DNA of 64,000 bases from the human T2T-CHM13v2.0 reference genome, Homo sapiens. Shown in pieces: positions 17,002 to 32,761 of the stretch; position 1 is the first letter of the stretch; each line of letters begins with the position of its first letter. The DNA lies in assembly GCF_009914755.1 (NCBI RefSeq), contig NC_060939.1; one strand, written 5' to 3'. The translations under genes were made by a program, and so were the position numbers. A model generated the notes under the pieces. It ran no database searches and had not been told where the DNA came from. It saw only the letters and a list, made by a program, of their open reading frames with translations.

Positions 17002-18527
17002 TCAACCAGCTCTTTGTCCTACTTATAATGGTTCTGACGATGAGTGCAAATAACTCTATTCTTCCGCTAGTTTCATTAAAATCATCTTAATACTAAACCT
17101 ATGCTTTCTTCCCTGTGCTCTAGGCCATTGCTCTTTGATACAGCCCATCCATCTTTGGAGACTGCCTAATTCCCTTACTTCATTTACACTGCTACCTTGA
17201 AAGTATTAATGGATAATCACATCCCCCTAGTGCTCCCTGTTCCTAAGTTTAGCTCCTTCAGGCTTTTCTCCTAAATCTTAAGCTACCATCAACATAGATT
17301 CTATGTCTCTTCCAAAATGTGGTTAGAAAGTATTCTTATTTGGAGTTCAATCCTAGTAGAAAACAGTAATGCTGTTAGGTTAGCACCATACTTTTGATAC
17401 GTGATCACTATGTTATTTGTGTAAGGGTAATTCAATGACAGTTCACTGCAAGCTATTTGAAACCTCTTTATACTTGCTTTTTTCCAGGTAGCAGTTTCCT
17501 GGTTTGCATTAAGGCCATTTATTTCATCTCCCTTGATGCACGATTTGAGATTCAGCATTAATGAATATAATTTCAATGCTGGAGCTCCTTGTGCTATTTT
17601 TTTCCAGTTGTTCGGCAATGATTCCCAAACCTGCTAAACTCGTATAATCAAAAAAATCCCAAGTTAAATTTAACACATTCCTTCAATCTATGAATTTAGA
17701 AGTTTTTCACAGATAGTTGCCAACAAAGGAGGACATCTTGTTGCCTTTTTTTCCTCCAGGAAGCAGTGTCTAAAAACTAGGAAATAATCCCACTACTCTA
17801 GGATCTTAAAACATGAACGGCAGATGATTCTTTAGTGATGGTTCTGTTTACCCTCTCTCTCTCTTCCCTTGGCCAGTATTCAAGTCAATCTGTACTCAAC
17901 AGAAATGTGCCTCAGACTACAGCAACCAAGTAAAGCATTTGGCTTAGAATAAACATTAGTACTCCCAGCCCTGCAAACTCAAAGGCTCAGGAATAAGGAA
18001 CACAAGGTCTAATTTAAAAGGAAGGTCAACTGAATATACTGGAAAAGTTATGTCTTGATTATATTCAAATTACTGTGGCTTCCCCTTTTTCTAAAGTTCT
18101 AAAAGGAAAAAAAATAGCTATATATAATGGCTAATGTATAAATCCAAAATGTTTTATTTTCTTTACTCATAATGACTAATAACAGTATATGCTGATATTA
18201 CTGATAAATGTCTAGTGAAAATCCTTGTGTTAACAAAAATCATAATTATTCCAGACTAACATGGCATGTAAAAAATAAACAAAAGCCCCAAACTACTCCA
18301 TACCTGAAAATGCTGTTTTTCAAACTGAGTTTCACGGCCCATGAATTGTGAATTCAATTTAGAAGGTCACTATGGTTCTCTTAACTACCTCACACAGATT
18401 AATAATAGGTAATGTTTCACAAGATATTACATATTTGTGTAATTTTGTTATAAATTTCTATTAGTCAAAAACTACTTCTCTATCTGGGTCACAGACAAAA
18501 AAGTTTGAAAGCCTTTTTCTAAAGAGC

Positions 18528-18800
18528 TTTTTTTTTTTGAGACGGAGCCTGGCCCTGTCACCCAGGCTGGAGTGCAGTGGCATGTTCTCGGCTCCCGGGT
18601 TCACGCCATTCTCCTGCCTCAGCCCCGAGTAGCTGGGACTACAGGTGCCGGCGACCACCCCTGGCTGATTTTTTGTATTTTTGGTAGAGATGGGGTTTCA
18701 CCGTGTTAGCCAGGATGGTCTCGATCTCCTGACCTCGTGATCCGCCCACCGCAGCCTCCCAAAGTGCTGGGATTACAGGAGTGAGCCACCGCGTCCGGCC
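18528..18800 (-). mobile_element. AluY with short internal deletion
   Basis: Y diagnostics (TTCACGCCATTCTCC, CGTGTTAGCCAGGATGG); CTCGGCT|CCCGGG junction lacks ~17 nt. Confidence 0.92.
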
Positions 18801-20122
18801 AACAGCTTTATTTTTCAAGTAATTTCAACATGATTACATGTGAACCAAATATTATCTTTTACTCATATAAACTAACCCCTACTGACTACATTTCAGGTCC
18901 TAGAAAATTCTAGTTTGCAATGTAATTTTTAGGTTATTTTTAAATTAATAAGTAGCAAGGGTGTAGCTGAAACTAGATGATGAATACACAGGGGTTTATT
19001 CATTACTTAATCTATTTTTGTACATGTTTGAAATTCTAAAGATCTAAAAGAAAAAAAGGAAAAGAAATGGACCTAACAGATAACAAAGTAGTACCATGAA
19101 TGTTTACAACTTGAGACCTTTAAACACAATGTTTCTAAGGAGTAACAATCAAGGAACTTGCTAGGATTTAATTCAGTTAACACTTGGGGTTGCCTTCTTC
19201 GACTATAATGGACGGATTTCCAGGTCTTAAAAAATGCATAAGGGACTGCAGAAACTAACTCATATATAGAAAACAAACTTTCTCGAAAGATAACATAAAA
19301 ATACAAATAGTTAAGTGTGTTTCATTGTCTCTTTATTAGTCAACCACTTTCAGCCAACAGAAAGATCATAAAATACCTACCTACCTGGCAGGAATATTCA
19401 CTTCTTTATTCACACTGGCAATTTTCCCAGCAAGTTTAATATAAGATCTCTGCATAACAGACACGGTTCTGCCTCCCTTGAAACAAGAACTGCAAGGGTT
19501 GTCTGAAGTAGATTTAGAGGCATTTAGATTTCAAAACAGTGCATGCCTCAAAGTTAATTTTCATTATATTCAAAAGTAAGTTTCTAAAAACTTTTAAACA
19601 GAAAGTGTTATCATCTCTGAGCCTTTAACCTATTGGAGACAGTATCTAAGCTATAAGGGCAAGATATTTAGTAATTTTTAGAACTGAAAGGAAATTTAGA
19701 CATCATCTAGTCCAATGGTTTCCAAATCCTACCATCAGGAAGAAAAGAATCTCAAAGGCATAACAATTTATATATGCAAAACAAACTCTTACTTGTGTGT
19801 TTTCCTGTATCTTCCTGCACATGAAATACTATGCCTTATTAGTATTCTATCAGGAAAGGATGTGACATTTCGTTATGCATTTTATATTTAATCACATTTA
19901 GTATGTGAGTATCCATTTAGATATGATTAAAACTATTGGTACGATTTGGGACTTAATGCTTTCTAATTATAGAAACTTACATAATATATCCAACCCTAAT
20001 ACTTTCAGAGTGATTTCATACCATCTCATTTATATTTCACTGTCTAGTAAATTTGAAGTAATACCTGGGTGACCGATGATTTTTAATAAGGCAAGAGAAG
20101 GATATCCAAATTGGCATATTTC

Positions 20123-20415
20123 AGCCGGGCACAGTGGCTCACACCTGTAATCACAGCACTTTGGGAGGCCGAGGTGGGCAGATCACCTAAGGTCAGGAGT
20201 TCGAGATCAGCCTGGCCAACATGGCGAAACTCCATTTCTACTAAAAATCCAAAAATTAGCTGAGTATGGTGGCTGGCGCCTGTAATCCCAGCTACTCAGG
20301 AAGCTGAGGCAGGGAGAATTGCTTGAACCCAGAAGGTGGAGGTTGCAGTGAGCTGAGATCATGCCACTGCACTCCAGCCTGGGCAACAGAGCAAGACTCC
20401 ATCTTTAAAAAAAAA
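20123..20415 (+). mobile_element. Alu (S-type)
   Basis: TSD AAATTG(G/A)CATATTTC. Confidence 0.93.
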
Positions 20416-23264
20416 TTGACATATTTCTGGAAAATACCATAAAGTATATCATAAAGCTCCAGTAGTTAAGATTATTTGGTAGGAAGGCTAGTCTTAAAAC
20501 ATTCCATAATTGTTTCAGAAATGCAAGAGAATACCATTTAGTGCTTTTTAGTACAAGAAACTCAATACAAAATGTTTCCCTCGAGCTGACTACATTCTAT
20601 TTTAATGAACAGATAACACTCAGTTTATTTATTTGAAAAACAAGAAACACAACAAGAAAACAGCAGGTATCTGAGGAATATTAAATGTCTCCCCTAACTT
20701 ACTGTGTGCAAGTAAATTTACATACGTAGGAAATTCTTTAAATATTTAGAAAACCCCATTTCTATACAGATAGACAAAAGTTCTGAGCAATCAGGTCAAA
20801 ATAATCTCAAATTAATAAGAGTTGATTGATAAATGTTTGCCTTTGTACATACACAAAAGCAAACAAAAGTTAGGCCTACTTTCAGTTTCAGACAATATAA
20901 TAAATTGAAATTAAATACAAATTTTGACTCTCCTTCCTAAACTGAATAGATCCTTAAAAAGCAGATATATTTTACTTGTGTATTCACTCTTTTAAATTTA
21001 GACATCAATATCACTAGAATAATGTTTTTACACAAGATCACTTTTAAATTCAGTAAGAAGTTTTGTTATGTATATAAGCCTAAAATATGTAACCATTTAT
21101 AACCAATTAATTTTACTGGAGGGGTTTCCTGTCTTCCCGAAGTTAATCCTTACCAACTAAAATTAGGAATTTTGAAAAAAAAAATCCATAAAAATTTCAC
21201 AAACAAGCTTACAAATGCATTATCTAAGGTGCTTAAAATTAAACTCCATATTATGAACAACATTTTAAAAATTTGTATAAAATGATAATGTTTTGTTTAA
21301 AGAGGCATACTGAAAGCTAAGCCAATTTTTCACAGGAGGTGATTCTCCAACATTATTTTAACTTTGATGTGTGAATTTACTTTAGAGGTCCCTGGTCTAT
21401 TTACTCTTTCTGACAGCTTATATTTTTCCGGATGCTCCTCAAACAAAGATTCATTCCTCATTCTTGCATCCTGCTTTTCTCCTTGTACTACTGCAGCCTT
21501 TCTTCTGTCTTTCCCTTTCTCTTACAACTTCATTCTCTACTTCTGATCCTGTCCAGATTGTACTCTCACTGCAAACAGTAAATTGAATAGAATACATCAG
21601 AACGATTTTCATAAAATTCACTTTTCCAAAACTACTCTGCATAATTTTATTCAAACTTTTGTTGAACATCTCTTGTATGGTATCCAACATGGTCACTCAC
21701 TGTTTCTCTACATACTTCATTTTAATAGATATTAGCACTTTATCTCCTTCCCGAATCGTTGTAAAAAACCTTTACACAGACCCAGCAAGTTTCAGAGTTT
21801 ACACACAAAACATCTTACTTTTAAAAAGTACCTCAGACTAATGAAAAACAATGTTCAAACTGACAGAGCACTTTTCTAATTACATTTGGTCATCTTTCAA
21901 GGCCCAATTAAATCTTTTTTTAATTTAAATAATTATTTTTATTTAAACTTTATTTTAAAGTTAAAATAAAGATAATATAATGTTGCTTTTTATTAATGTC
22001 TAAAGGCATATTCCACAAAAGAAACTGTTTCACATCAAATCTGTATTAATGAGAAAAAACAATGGGATTCCCTTAAAACAGTCTAATTTCTCATAAGGAT
22101 CTGTATTAATCAAGCGAAGTCAGACCTGTAATGAATTCCAACCTCACATCTAAGGGGTTTTATTTCCTTTTGTGGTTTTAAATCTTGGTATATTCACAAG
22201 TTAAGCTCTACTGCGTCTGGCAACACAAAAACCCATCTGTATCTCTTTTTAATTTGGATCCAGTAACCTTGTAAAACAAACCCAGGGAATGGGTCCTGAT
22301 GTAGTAACATGGCCTATCCTCCCAGACCGAACCAATTTCTCATGCCTGGGTGCTGCATTATATCAGTAGTGACATTTTAGCCAGTAGCCTGAGAGACTGA
22401 AAGCCTGTGATCTCCTTAGGAAGGGCTTTATGTCAAGGCAAACTATTTCTTCTGGTCAAATCTTATTTGGATTATTTCAAAATTTTTTGCTTGACATTCG
22501 GCATGTCATTTGTGCCACAGCTGCCATAGATAAGATGTGTCTTCTGTTGCTCATTTCAGTTCAAAGAGGAAACACGCAATCAATTAGCAAATACACCTCT
22601 AAAAATGTACTCAGTGAGAGAAAATTGCTAAACCACTGAAGCAAACAGCCCTTGACAGAAAAGAAAAAGATCCATGAATCATCTAATGCAAATACTGGCA
22701 TTATTACAAAGCACAATGTTCACAACTATCTAGTATCACCCAAACAAAATGGTTTCTAAAATTTAGGTCGTTAAAAATAAGATTCATTAGATTCCTTATT
22801 TTCCTCCATTGAACAGTGTTAATTATGTGATGTCATATTTTCCATATGAATATATTACGTTTTTACACACCACTCCACATTCATTAATTCAGCTAACATC
22901 TATAACACTCCCACTGTGTGCCGGGTACCACACTCTATTTCTCTTATTCACAACAATAATACTCTATGAGAAAGTGATACCTGGCCCACTTGAAAGATTT
23001 GGTTCACAGAAAAAAAAGAAAAAAAAAAGCCATAAAGTCTCTCCCAGAAACTCAAATAAAAATATTAACTTCCTCACCAGAATTGGCAATTGCAGACACA
23101 GTGCAGCTGGTCACTTTTCTGAGAAAGTTACATAAGCAAAAGCACAAATCTCTATGTGGGGCCTTCAAATGGCCTATTTACCATGACAGCAGCATTAACA
23201 ATCAAGTTTTCAATATACACATGAAGAAAAATAAATAAAAAATAATGCTCCTTTTTAAAGGATA

Positions 23265-23500
23265 GTAGTAATAGCTAACATGTACTGAGACTCAGGCTGA
23301 AATCTAAGCGGTCATTATCTCATTTAATCCTCACATCATCCCTAGGGAATGGACATGATTGTAATCTCCACTTTACAGATGATGAACTGATGAAACTGAA
23401 GTTTGCATTACTCAAGATCACTCAGCTACTGACAGCTGGAACTCAAACCTGAGTCTGTCACCGTCCAAAGCCTGCACTCTTGATCATCACATTATACTGC
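23265..23500 (-). mobile_element. MIR
   Basis: CTCATTTAATCCTCAC...CCACTTTACAGATGA...GAACTCAAACC MIR core. Confidence 0.7.
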
Positions 23501-26259
23501 TTTGTTTACACTCACTCAATTGCAGTCTAATGCTTTTGAATGTCTTATAAGGTTACTTTTTAGAACAAGTTCCTCTTTAAACTACCATTTTGATGATACA
23601 TATAGAAGTCAACAAATAAGGATTTTACTTGGAATTGGTCTTACAAGTTTAAATTCTTGGATGAGAAACAAAATCCATCTGAATGAAAGCCCTGAATGTC
23701 CACAACAATGGGTCAGAAACTCACTGGAGCTTCAAGAGACCCTGAGAGTCATACAGGCCAAATTCTTCATTTTAGGAATAATGAAACAAATGCCTTTTGA
23801 AAAACATCTATATTCAATCTAAACTACTACATTCCCAATTCAGAGATACTTGTGAGTTTTTTTCTCCAGTCATTTAAATAGAAAATCTAACATTTCTAAC
23901 ATTTCAACATCATGCACAAGCAAGGTATCCCTTTTTGAAAGCACTGTAAGAAAACACAAACTCCATGACATGAAGTCAGATCACTGCAGGGCTATTTATT
24001 ACCAGCTGAAAGCTTGAATATTATAATAAGACATGTTATATAGAAAGCTATAAAATGGCATCCATAACTATAGGAACTCAAACTCAAAAATAGCCATCTC
24101 TTCCTTGAATTAAATTTACATTCATTTGGGTCAACCAGCAGCTCAGCTTCATTTCATCGGTCATGTCATGTGACTGAATTCAAGCTCATTTCAAGGGAAA
24201 GGCCGTTCTATGCTGTATTTAGAACACATATCACTGAGCAGACAGATGAGTCTTTATAGGCCTATCCAGAAACCTTGCTTTAGTTGCTAAGAAACTACAA
24301 TTTTACCGTATTATAAATCATTGGAAAAAAGCTAAGCCAGCAGAGATTAAACATGTTAAGATCAAGAATCTCTCACCTATTGTGCAAAATGAAACTATGC
24401 TATTACCATAAACTGAATAGCTAAAATTAGCATTAGGCTTCTTTAAGTCATGTTGACACAGTCGAAAAACTGATAAGACAAATAAGACTAACTCTACCCT
24501 GCCTTCCACAGTGGACTCATGCTTAGAGGAAAACAGGAAAAATACCCAATACACTTAGCATATTCAATGCTAGAGACAGAAAAAATGTTTCCTTCCTGAC
24601 CGCTGCAGTGATATCCAAGGCCATGAAGCACACATAAAATTTGGTACTACGAACACATATTTAACTGATGGATATTGTCAATCCTTTATTCGTTTTAGGA
24701 ATAATGAAACAAACTCTAACATTCAGCATTTTAAACCCAGTTTCTCAAAAAACTCCACTGGCTCTATCACTGATTTTTTAAAATTTAAATTGCAGCCTCT
24801 CTAATAAGAGTAATCATAAATTGTTCTGGCCTAACAATAAACAATGAAAGATTAGCAAAAATAATTTATAGTTCACTCTCCAGTACTGACTTCTCATAAA
24901 TTCCTTCACAGAAAAAATATTCTTTAACCTCTTAATGGCTGTTTCCACAAGGGCAGAAACAGGTTCACAATCCTAGACTCACTTGTGAAAGATCAATTCA
25001 GCAGCTGAATGCTAACACATGTCTTCAATCAGAATCTGCTCTGTTTAGGTCCCTATGCCCATGATTCCCCACCACTTCTCCATCTTCTCAAAGGAGCTTC
25101 AATTCAAAACCCAGTAATTCTCTGCTTTCTACTGTACCACCTCCCAGGGGCCACTTTCATGTTCCTCGGAAATAACGTCTCTTCTGTCTTGAAACTTTTA
25201 AATCTCAAAAATCCACTTCCCCATCTCCCTGTCGCCAGTCACTGCCCTCAATCCCACCACTGCAATTAGTTGCAGCTATATGTCCCTGTTTTCCCAAAGG
25301 CCCGACCAATATCATACAGCATTTGCCACATCCCAACTCCTCCCTTCCCTAATTTATCCTCCACACTGCAAACCAACATTACACCCCCGACTTCCTGCAT
25401 TTTACTCCCTTCCCTTATTTTTCGTCTTCCCCCACCCCCATCTCTATACCCAGGCCTCCTTACTTCTCTAATAAATATTCCCCCACCTCAGTTCCAACCC
25501 TTTCCCTCCATCCTCTGCTCATTTTCCTCTCCTTATTTAGAAACTCCTTTTTGCTCTCCCAACCACTACCCTAGAATGCCCAGCACTCCACCCTCTTTAG
25601 CAAACCCAGCCCTCTTCCCCCAGCTCATTTGGAGACACTGCTGCTTCTCTCTCCAGGTCCCCTACTGCAGTCAACCCACTCCCTCATCTTCCCACCCACC
25701 TTCCCTCTATCCCTAGATCCAAGGTTCCCTGATTCTTTACCCCCTCCTTTGGTCTCTAGTACTCAGCTCACCATTAGTGTTCCTCAGGACTCTCTTCCCC
25801 CCAATTTCCCCCTTATTTTTAAGGATGTCACCAGTCCTACGGGGCCTCAGTAGAATCCTGGACGACCCCAGCTCCCGGGGGGCCTGACGGACACCACCAT
25901 CCCCGTCGCCCGGAACACAAACGCCGGTCTTGTGCCACCCTCCCTAAGAGCTGCGCCCCCTCCTCATCCGCCCCCGCTACTCCAGCTCCCCACGTCGGCT
26001 TCCTCCGTGTCCCCTCGCCGACCCGGCACGACGAGCCCCACGACGTGGAGCCTCCGAGTGGGCAACACCTCGGGCTCACCCCGGACGCCCCCGCCGCTCG
26101 GATAGGAGCCTCCGGTCCTCACACCCGCGCCTCCTCAAACCCGCAGCCGGTACCTCCTCTCGGACCCGCAGCCCCTCAGACGCCCACTCGGCCCCCTTCC
26201 CCGAGCTCCAGCGTCTCCTCAGGCCAGAGCCGGGCCCCCTCCGGCCCCGGCGCCCCTCA

Positions 26260-26712
<453 letters not shown>

Positions 26713-28184
26713 GAGGGCGCCTCTGGCCATGTGATGGGGCGAGGCGGGACTCCGCTAGCTCTCTGGGCAGTGGGGAGCTGGGAAGTCCTTCAGTTTACTC
26801 CTCTGTGGCCCGGGAGCACCCATAAATAAGAGGAAGCTTTGGAACACAGTACATTTCCTCCACCCATCCTGCCTTTCATTTGTTAGCGCTCTTGGCTACA
26901 GAGTTTCATACACCGTGCCTCCTTTCCTCCTTCCTCTCTTTGTCCCCGTCCTGCTGTTTCTTCCTTCTGGACTTTGAACATAGACCTCTACTGGTAACTG
27001 GCTCCAACCTCCTTCTCTCATCTGCTGTTTTTTCCTTCCAGGAAAAGTGGTGCGCCCCCTGTGCCCCCGTTACCTTGTGCTTTCCTGCCTGGACATCTGC
27101 TCCCTTTGCCTGAAATGTCCTCCTTTGCCGCCTCTGCCTACTCCCCCTCCCACCCCACATCTGGGCCTTATTTTAGCTTCATAGACTCTCAGGGCCTGAA
27201 GTTCAGCTAGCCTAATTGCATGTTCATTGACACAATTCTACAAGGAAGTCGTGTATGAACTTACATGAAGACTCCTAAGAAGCGTCTTAATGCGGAAAAC
27301 ATTTATTGAGAACGTGCTGTGTGCCAGGCACATAGTGAAACCCACATGAAAAGGTAGTCCCCGTCCTCATGGAGTGCACTGCCTAGGCTAGCAGAGGAGT
27401 GAGGAAGGGTCAAATGGCCCCATAGGAAAGGATCTAGCAAAGCACTCTGGAGGGTGATTGGCAGTGTGGTTACTACTGTTTGCATAGAAGTTTGGGAAAT
27501 GCTCTTTTTAGGGGTATTTTTTGTACTACCCTCAGGGCTTGTGGTTGGCAAAGGAATTTCTATGGCTTAGCTCATCCCTGACTCACAGCAGACGTCCTGG
27601 GAGTGTCTGTGGAAACTCTGAGGGGCCAAGTAAACAGTCCTGGTGGCCTGACTTGATTTAAAGAGAGGGTTTGGAGGACCTGGAAGAAGGAGACCCTCGC
27701 AATCTCTATCAAGCTAAAGTGGTCTGGAACTTTCAACAGGAACTGAACAGCTGGTGGTTCCAGACCAAAATTTCTAGCAAAGGCCAGGACCACTATGGCA
27801 TGTTGTTGATTGAAGTGAAAACTATGTCCTTCAAAACCTCAGGTGTGTGAGTGACAAAAAGATTGGCATGTACCTTCATCTGGACAAAGGCCATTCTGCA
27901 GACAGCCCAGTAAGGAGGGCTACAGGGCTGCCTGTGGTGGGATCAAGATTTTCAGCTGATGGAAGCTTTGGTTGGATGCAACCATTCTGCCTCATTATAG
28001 CTGTAACAAATGTGGCTCTTTGATCCTTACAACAAGAGATTCTTACAAAATGATCATGGTCTTTTTGTGGATAGGGAAGCTGAAGCCAAAGGAGGACACG
28101 AACGGCTCCAGCTCTCAGAATGTTTGTATTAATCATTAATGCCAACAGTCTGGTTTGCTTGTTAATAGACTCATGGTAGAAGTG

Positions 28185-28512
28185 CATTTTCTTGTCCCCT
28201 TGAAGTCGGGAGTGGCATTGGATGTGCTTGGGTCAGTGAAATGTGTAAAGTAACATGCATTGCTTCAAGCAGAAGCATTTCATTTCCAGTTTAGACTCTT
28301 TCCCATACTCTTTCGTCTTGGTAGTGATTACTGATCATGACGATGAAAGCATATATCAAAACGAACCTTGTGTCAGCATTAGTCCCTGAGTTAGCATAAT
28401 AAGCTTAACCCCCCTGCTAACCCATACAGAACAGGTACCCTCTGTTGAATTAAACTGTGAGATTCAAGGGGTATTTGTTCCTGTGACATAACATAGACTG
28501 TTCCGGCTAATG
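28185..28512 (+). mobile_element. Old MaLR LTR (MLT1-type) fragment
   Basis: CCCTTGAAGTCGGGAGTGGCAT...GGTCAGTGAAATGTG...CTGTGAGATT...TTTGTT...CATAAC...GCTAAT. Confidence 0.55.
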
Positions 28513-28519
28513 GAAAGAT

Positions 28520-28715
28520 GAAATTCAAGTCCACAACACCAACATTACCATCCAGGAGCTCTGTCATCTTAGGCAAATGACCTAATCTCTCTGGACCTTA
28601 TTTTCTGTCAAATGGTGCTAATGATAGCACCTACCTTCCAAGATTATAGAAGGAATAAATGAGTAAATTTATGTGCAATGTTTAGAACAGTTTCTGGTGC
28701 ATAGTAAACACTCAT
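28520..28715 (+). mobile_element. MIR
   Basis: CTTAGGCAAATGACCTAATCTCTCTG...TAGCACCTACCT...GGTGCATAGTAAACACTCA. Confidence 0.7.
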
Positions 28716-28968
28716 GTTGATGTTGATGCTGCTACTACAATTCTGACTCCAGCTTTGTATTCTTCTTCTTATCTCATGCTTGCAAAAAGTGATCTGGGAA
28801 GAACATTTTTAAGTATGGGTGTTACCAGTCAACTCTCAAAACCTGCAGTTATGAAAAAACCCTTTTACCCAGGGAGAAATGTCACCAAATTCCACATGAT
28901 AGTAGCTGTACTTTGTCACTTTTCATCGAGAAAATACATAATAACTAAGACCTTTTAATAATTCTGTA

Positions 28969-29607
<639 letters not shown>

Positions 29608-29837
29608 TAAGTCAGTAACTTCTTTAAAAGAATTTAGGAATTTGTATTTTTTTGTTGTTCAAGATTTACATACACTGTAAAAAAAAAAAATCTCTGCAAG
29701 TGTGTGTGGCTGTGCCAGAGGATGGCTGAGCTCTTTGCAATACCTTAGAAGAGCCCTAGGGGTCCTCAGAGCTCAAGCTGAGACACACTTACCTGGCCTC
29801 GAGGGACTGCTTGTAGTTAGGCTCTCCGTTGCTGATC

Positions 29838-29851
29838 GCGCCCCCTGGTGG
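29838..29851 (-). promoter_or_regulatory. CTCF binding motif
   Basis: Minus strand reads CCACCAGGGGGCGC, the CTCF core consensus, in unique sequence with retained CpGs. Confidence 0.8.
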
Positions 29852-30029
29852 AAAGGTCTGGAATACAGCATTCCCAACTGAAAGGCTTCGCGTGGTTTGG
29901 TTTGAACGTGATTCACTCAAGGATGTTAGTCAAAAGGCTTGTACTGTTCCTAGAGTTGACCTTGAACTTCCTAATGGTTTCCTCCCTCTTGTAAATATCT
30001 CTGCCCCTTTAAAGCTCTTGCTATTCAGA

Positions 30030-30700
30030 TTACCACCCCACTCATCTTGATTGTTGTCATCCTCCGACCTCCCAGTCAATGTAATCTTTTCCCTGCCCCT
30101 TCCGATGCCTGCTGGCACCATCCTTGAACTTCATCCTTGGGTGAGTTCAACATCCATGTTCGTGACCTATTCAGTATCCTGATCTCTTAATCCTTTTACC
30201 TTCTCACGTCCAACAACTTTCTCCTCAATTAAACCAACACTTCTGAGCTCACACTGTCAACACTTTAATCACCCAAAAAGTACTTCATCTTTGAAATATG
30301 AAAATGTAATACCCCACTGTCCATTCACCAACACCTAGCCTTTCAGTTCCTTGTGCTAATACCCTATTTGCTGTAATTCTTCAACCTCACTGAGACCACT
30401 AATCTGCTAATACCACCAATTTGTCTTTATCCATTCTTCATTTCTTTCTTGGTCCAATTTAGAGCCCATGATTCATCATTATAATCATTCCCTTGCCCAC
30501 CTCAACTTTCAACATACTTTCCTGGAAAAACCACGACCTGACTGAGCACTATAGTCTGAAGTAAGGTACCATGCCTGTACCTGAGCAGCTGAGTGTTGCC
30601 AGAGAAAAATCATACAAACCTTCTAAATGACTTCATTTTAAATTCATGATCTCAAACTTCAAAAGGATATTCAACACTACTCAGCAATCCTACTCTTTCA
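30030..30700 (+). mobile_element. L2 LINE internal remnant
   Basis: Pyrimidine-rich degenerate L2 ORF2-like stretches (CATCCTTGGGTGAGTTCAACATCCATG; TTTAAATTCATGATC). Confidence 0.55.
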
Positions 30701-31189
30701 TATGTGATAAGCATGAATTTGCAACTACAATGGTCACTTGCCAGAAATGCCTCATTTTTTTCTTTCTATAAATCAGATTTAATCTAGTCTGAGTACCTTT
30801 CTGCTGAGATGACAAGAAATTCAATGTTGGCTTTTATGAGCCTCCGTGACTACTTCCCAGGATAATATGAAATTCCTGGTGTTTTACACAGCCTAGGACA
30901 TTCCTTTTTATTTGCTTTTTAGTTCACCATGGTGACTGCTGGTAGGAACATTGAGCAGATCCACGTGATTCCTTGAAGGTGAATGGCTCAGTGCTTCCCA
31001 CCACTTCCCCCAGCAGCCTCACCCCACACCACATTCCCTTTCAGTTCTTTGTGATGGTTCTGCTTCATCTCACCTTGGGGGCCTTTGCATATTTTGTTCT
31101 CTTTGCCCCAAATACTGAACAACCCATCTTTTTTACCTGGTCTACTTCTCATCCTTTAGATCTCAGCTTCAACTCATCTCTCCTAATAT

Positions 31190-32599
<1,410 letters not shown>

Positions 32600-32761
32600 T
32601 AAACACACTGATTGTTCCATGCATATCTTCATGGCTCTTATCACAGCTGGGATTTTACATTTATTTGTGTGGTTATTCAACTTGCATCTGAATCCTTCTC
32701 TAGACCTCCAGGAGGAGGGAACCATGACCAATGGTATCAGTATTATTTACCACTGTATCTC

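Noticed and set aside
17301-17640. 105-aa minus-strand ORF / possible exon
   Set aside because: Non-ATG start, poor pyrimidine tract, only a weak GC donor, and no similarity to neuroplastin Ig domains.
22148-22267. 120-nt 3n pseudoexon (ttttacaag| ... GAT|gtgagg)
   Set aside because: In-frame TGA in phase 1 and a weak donor; expected by chance in a 26-kb intron.
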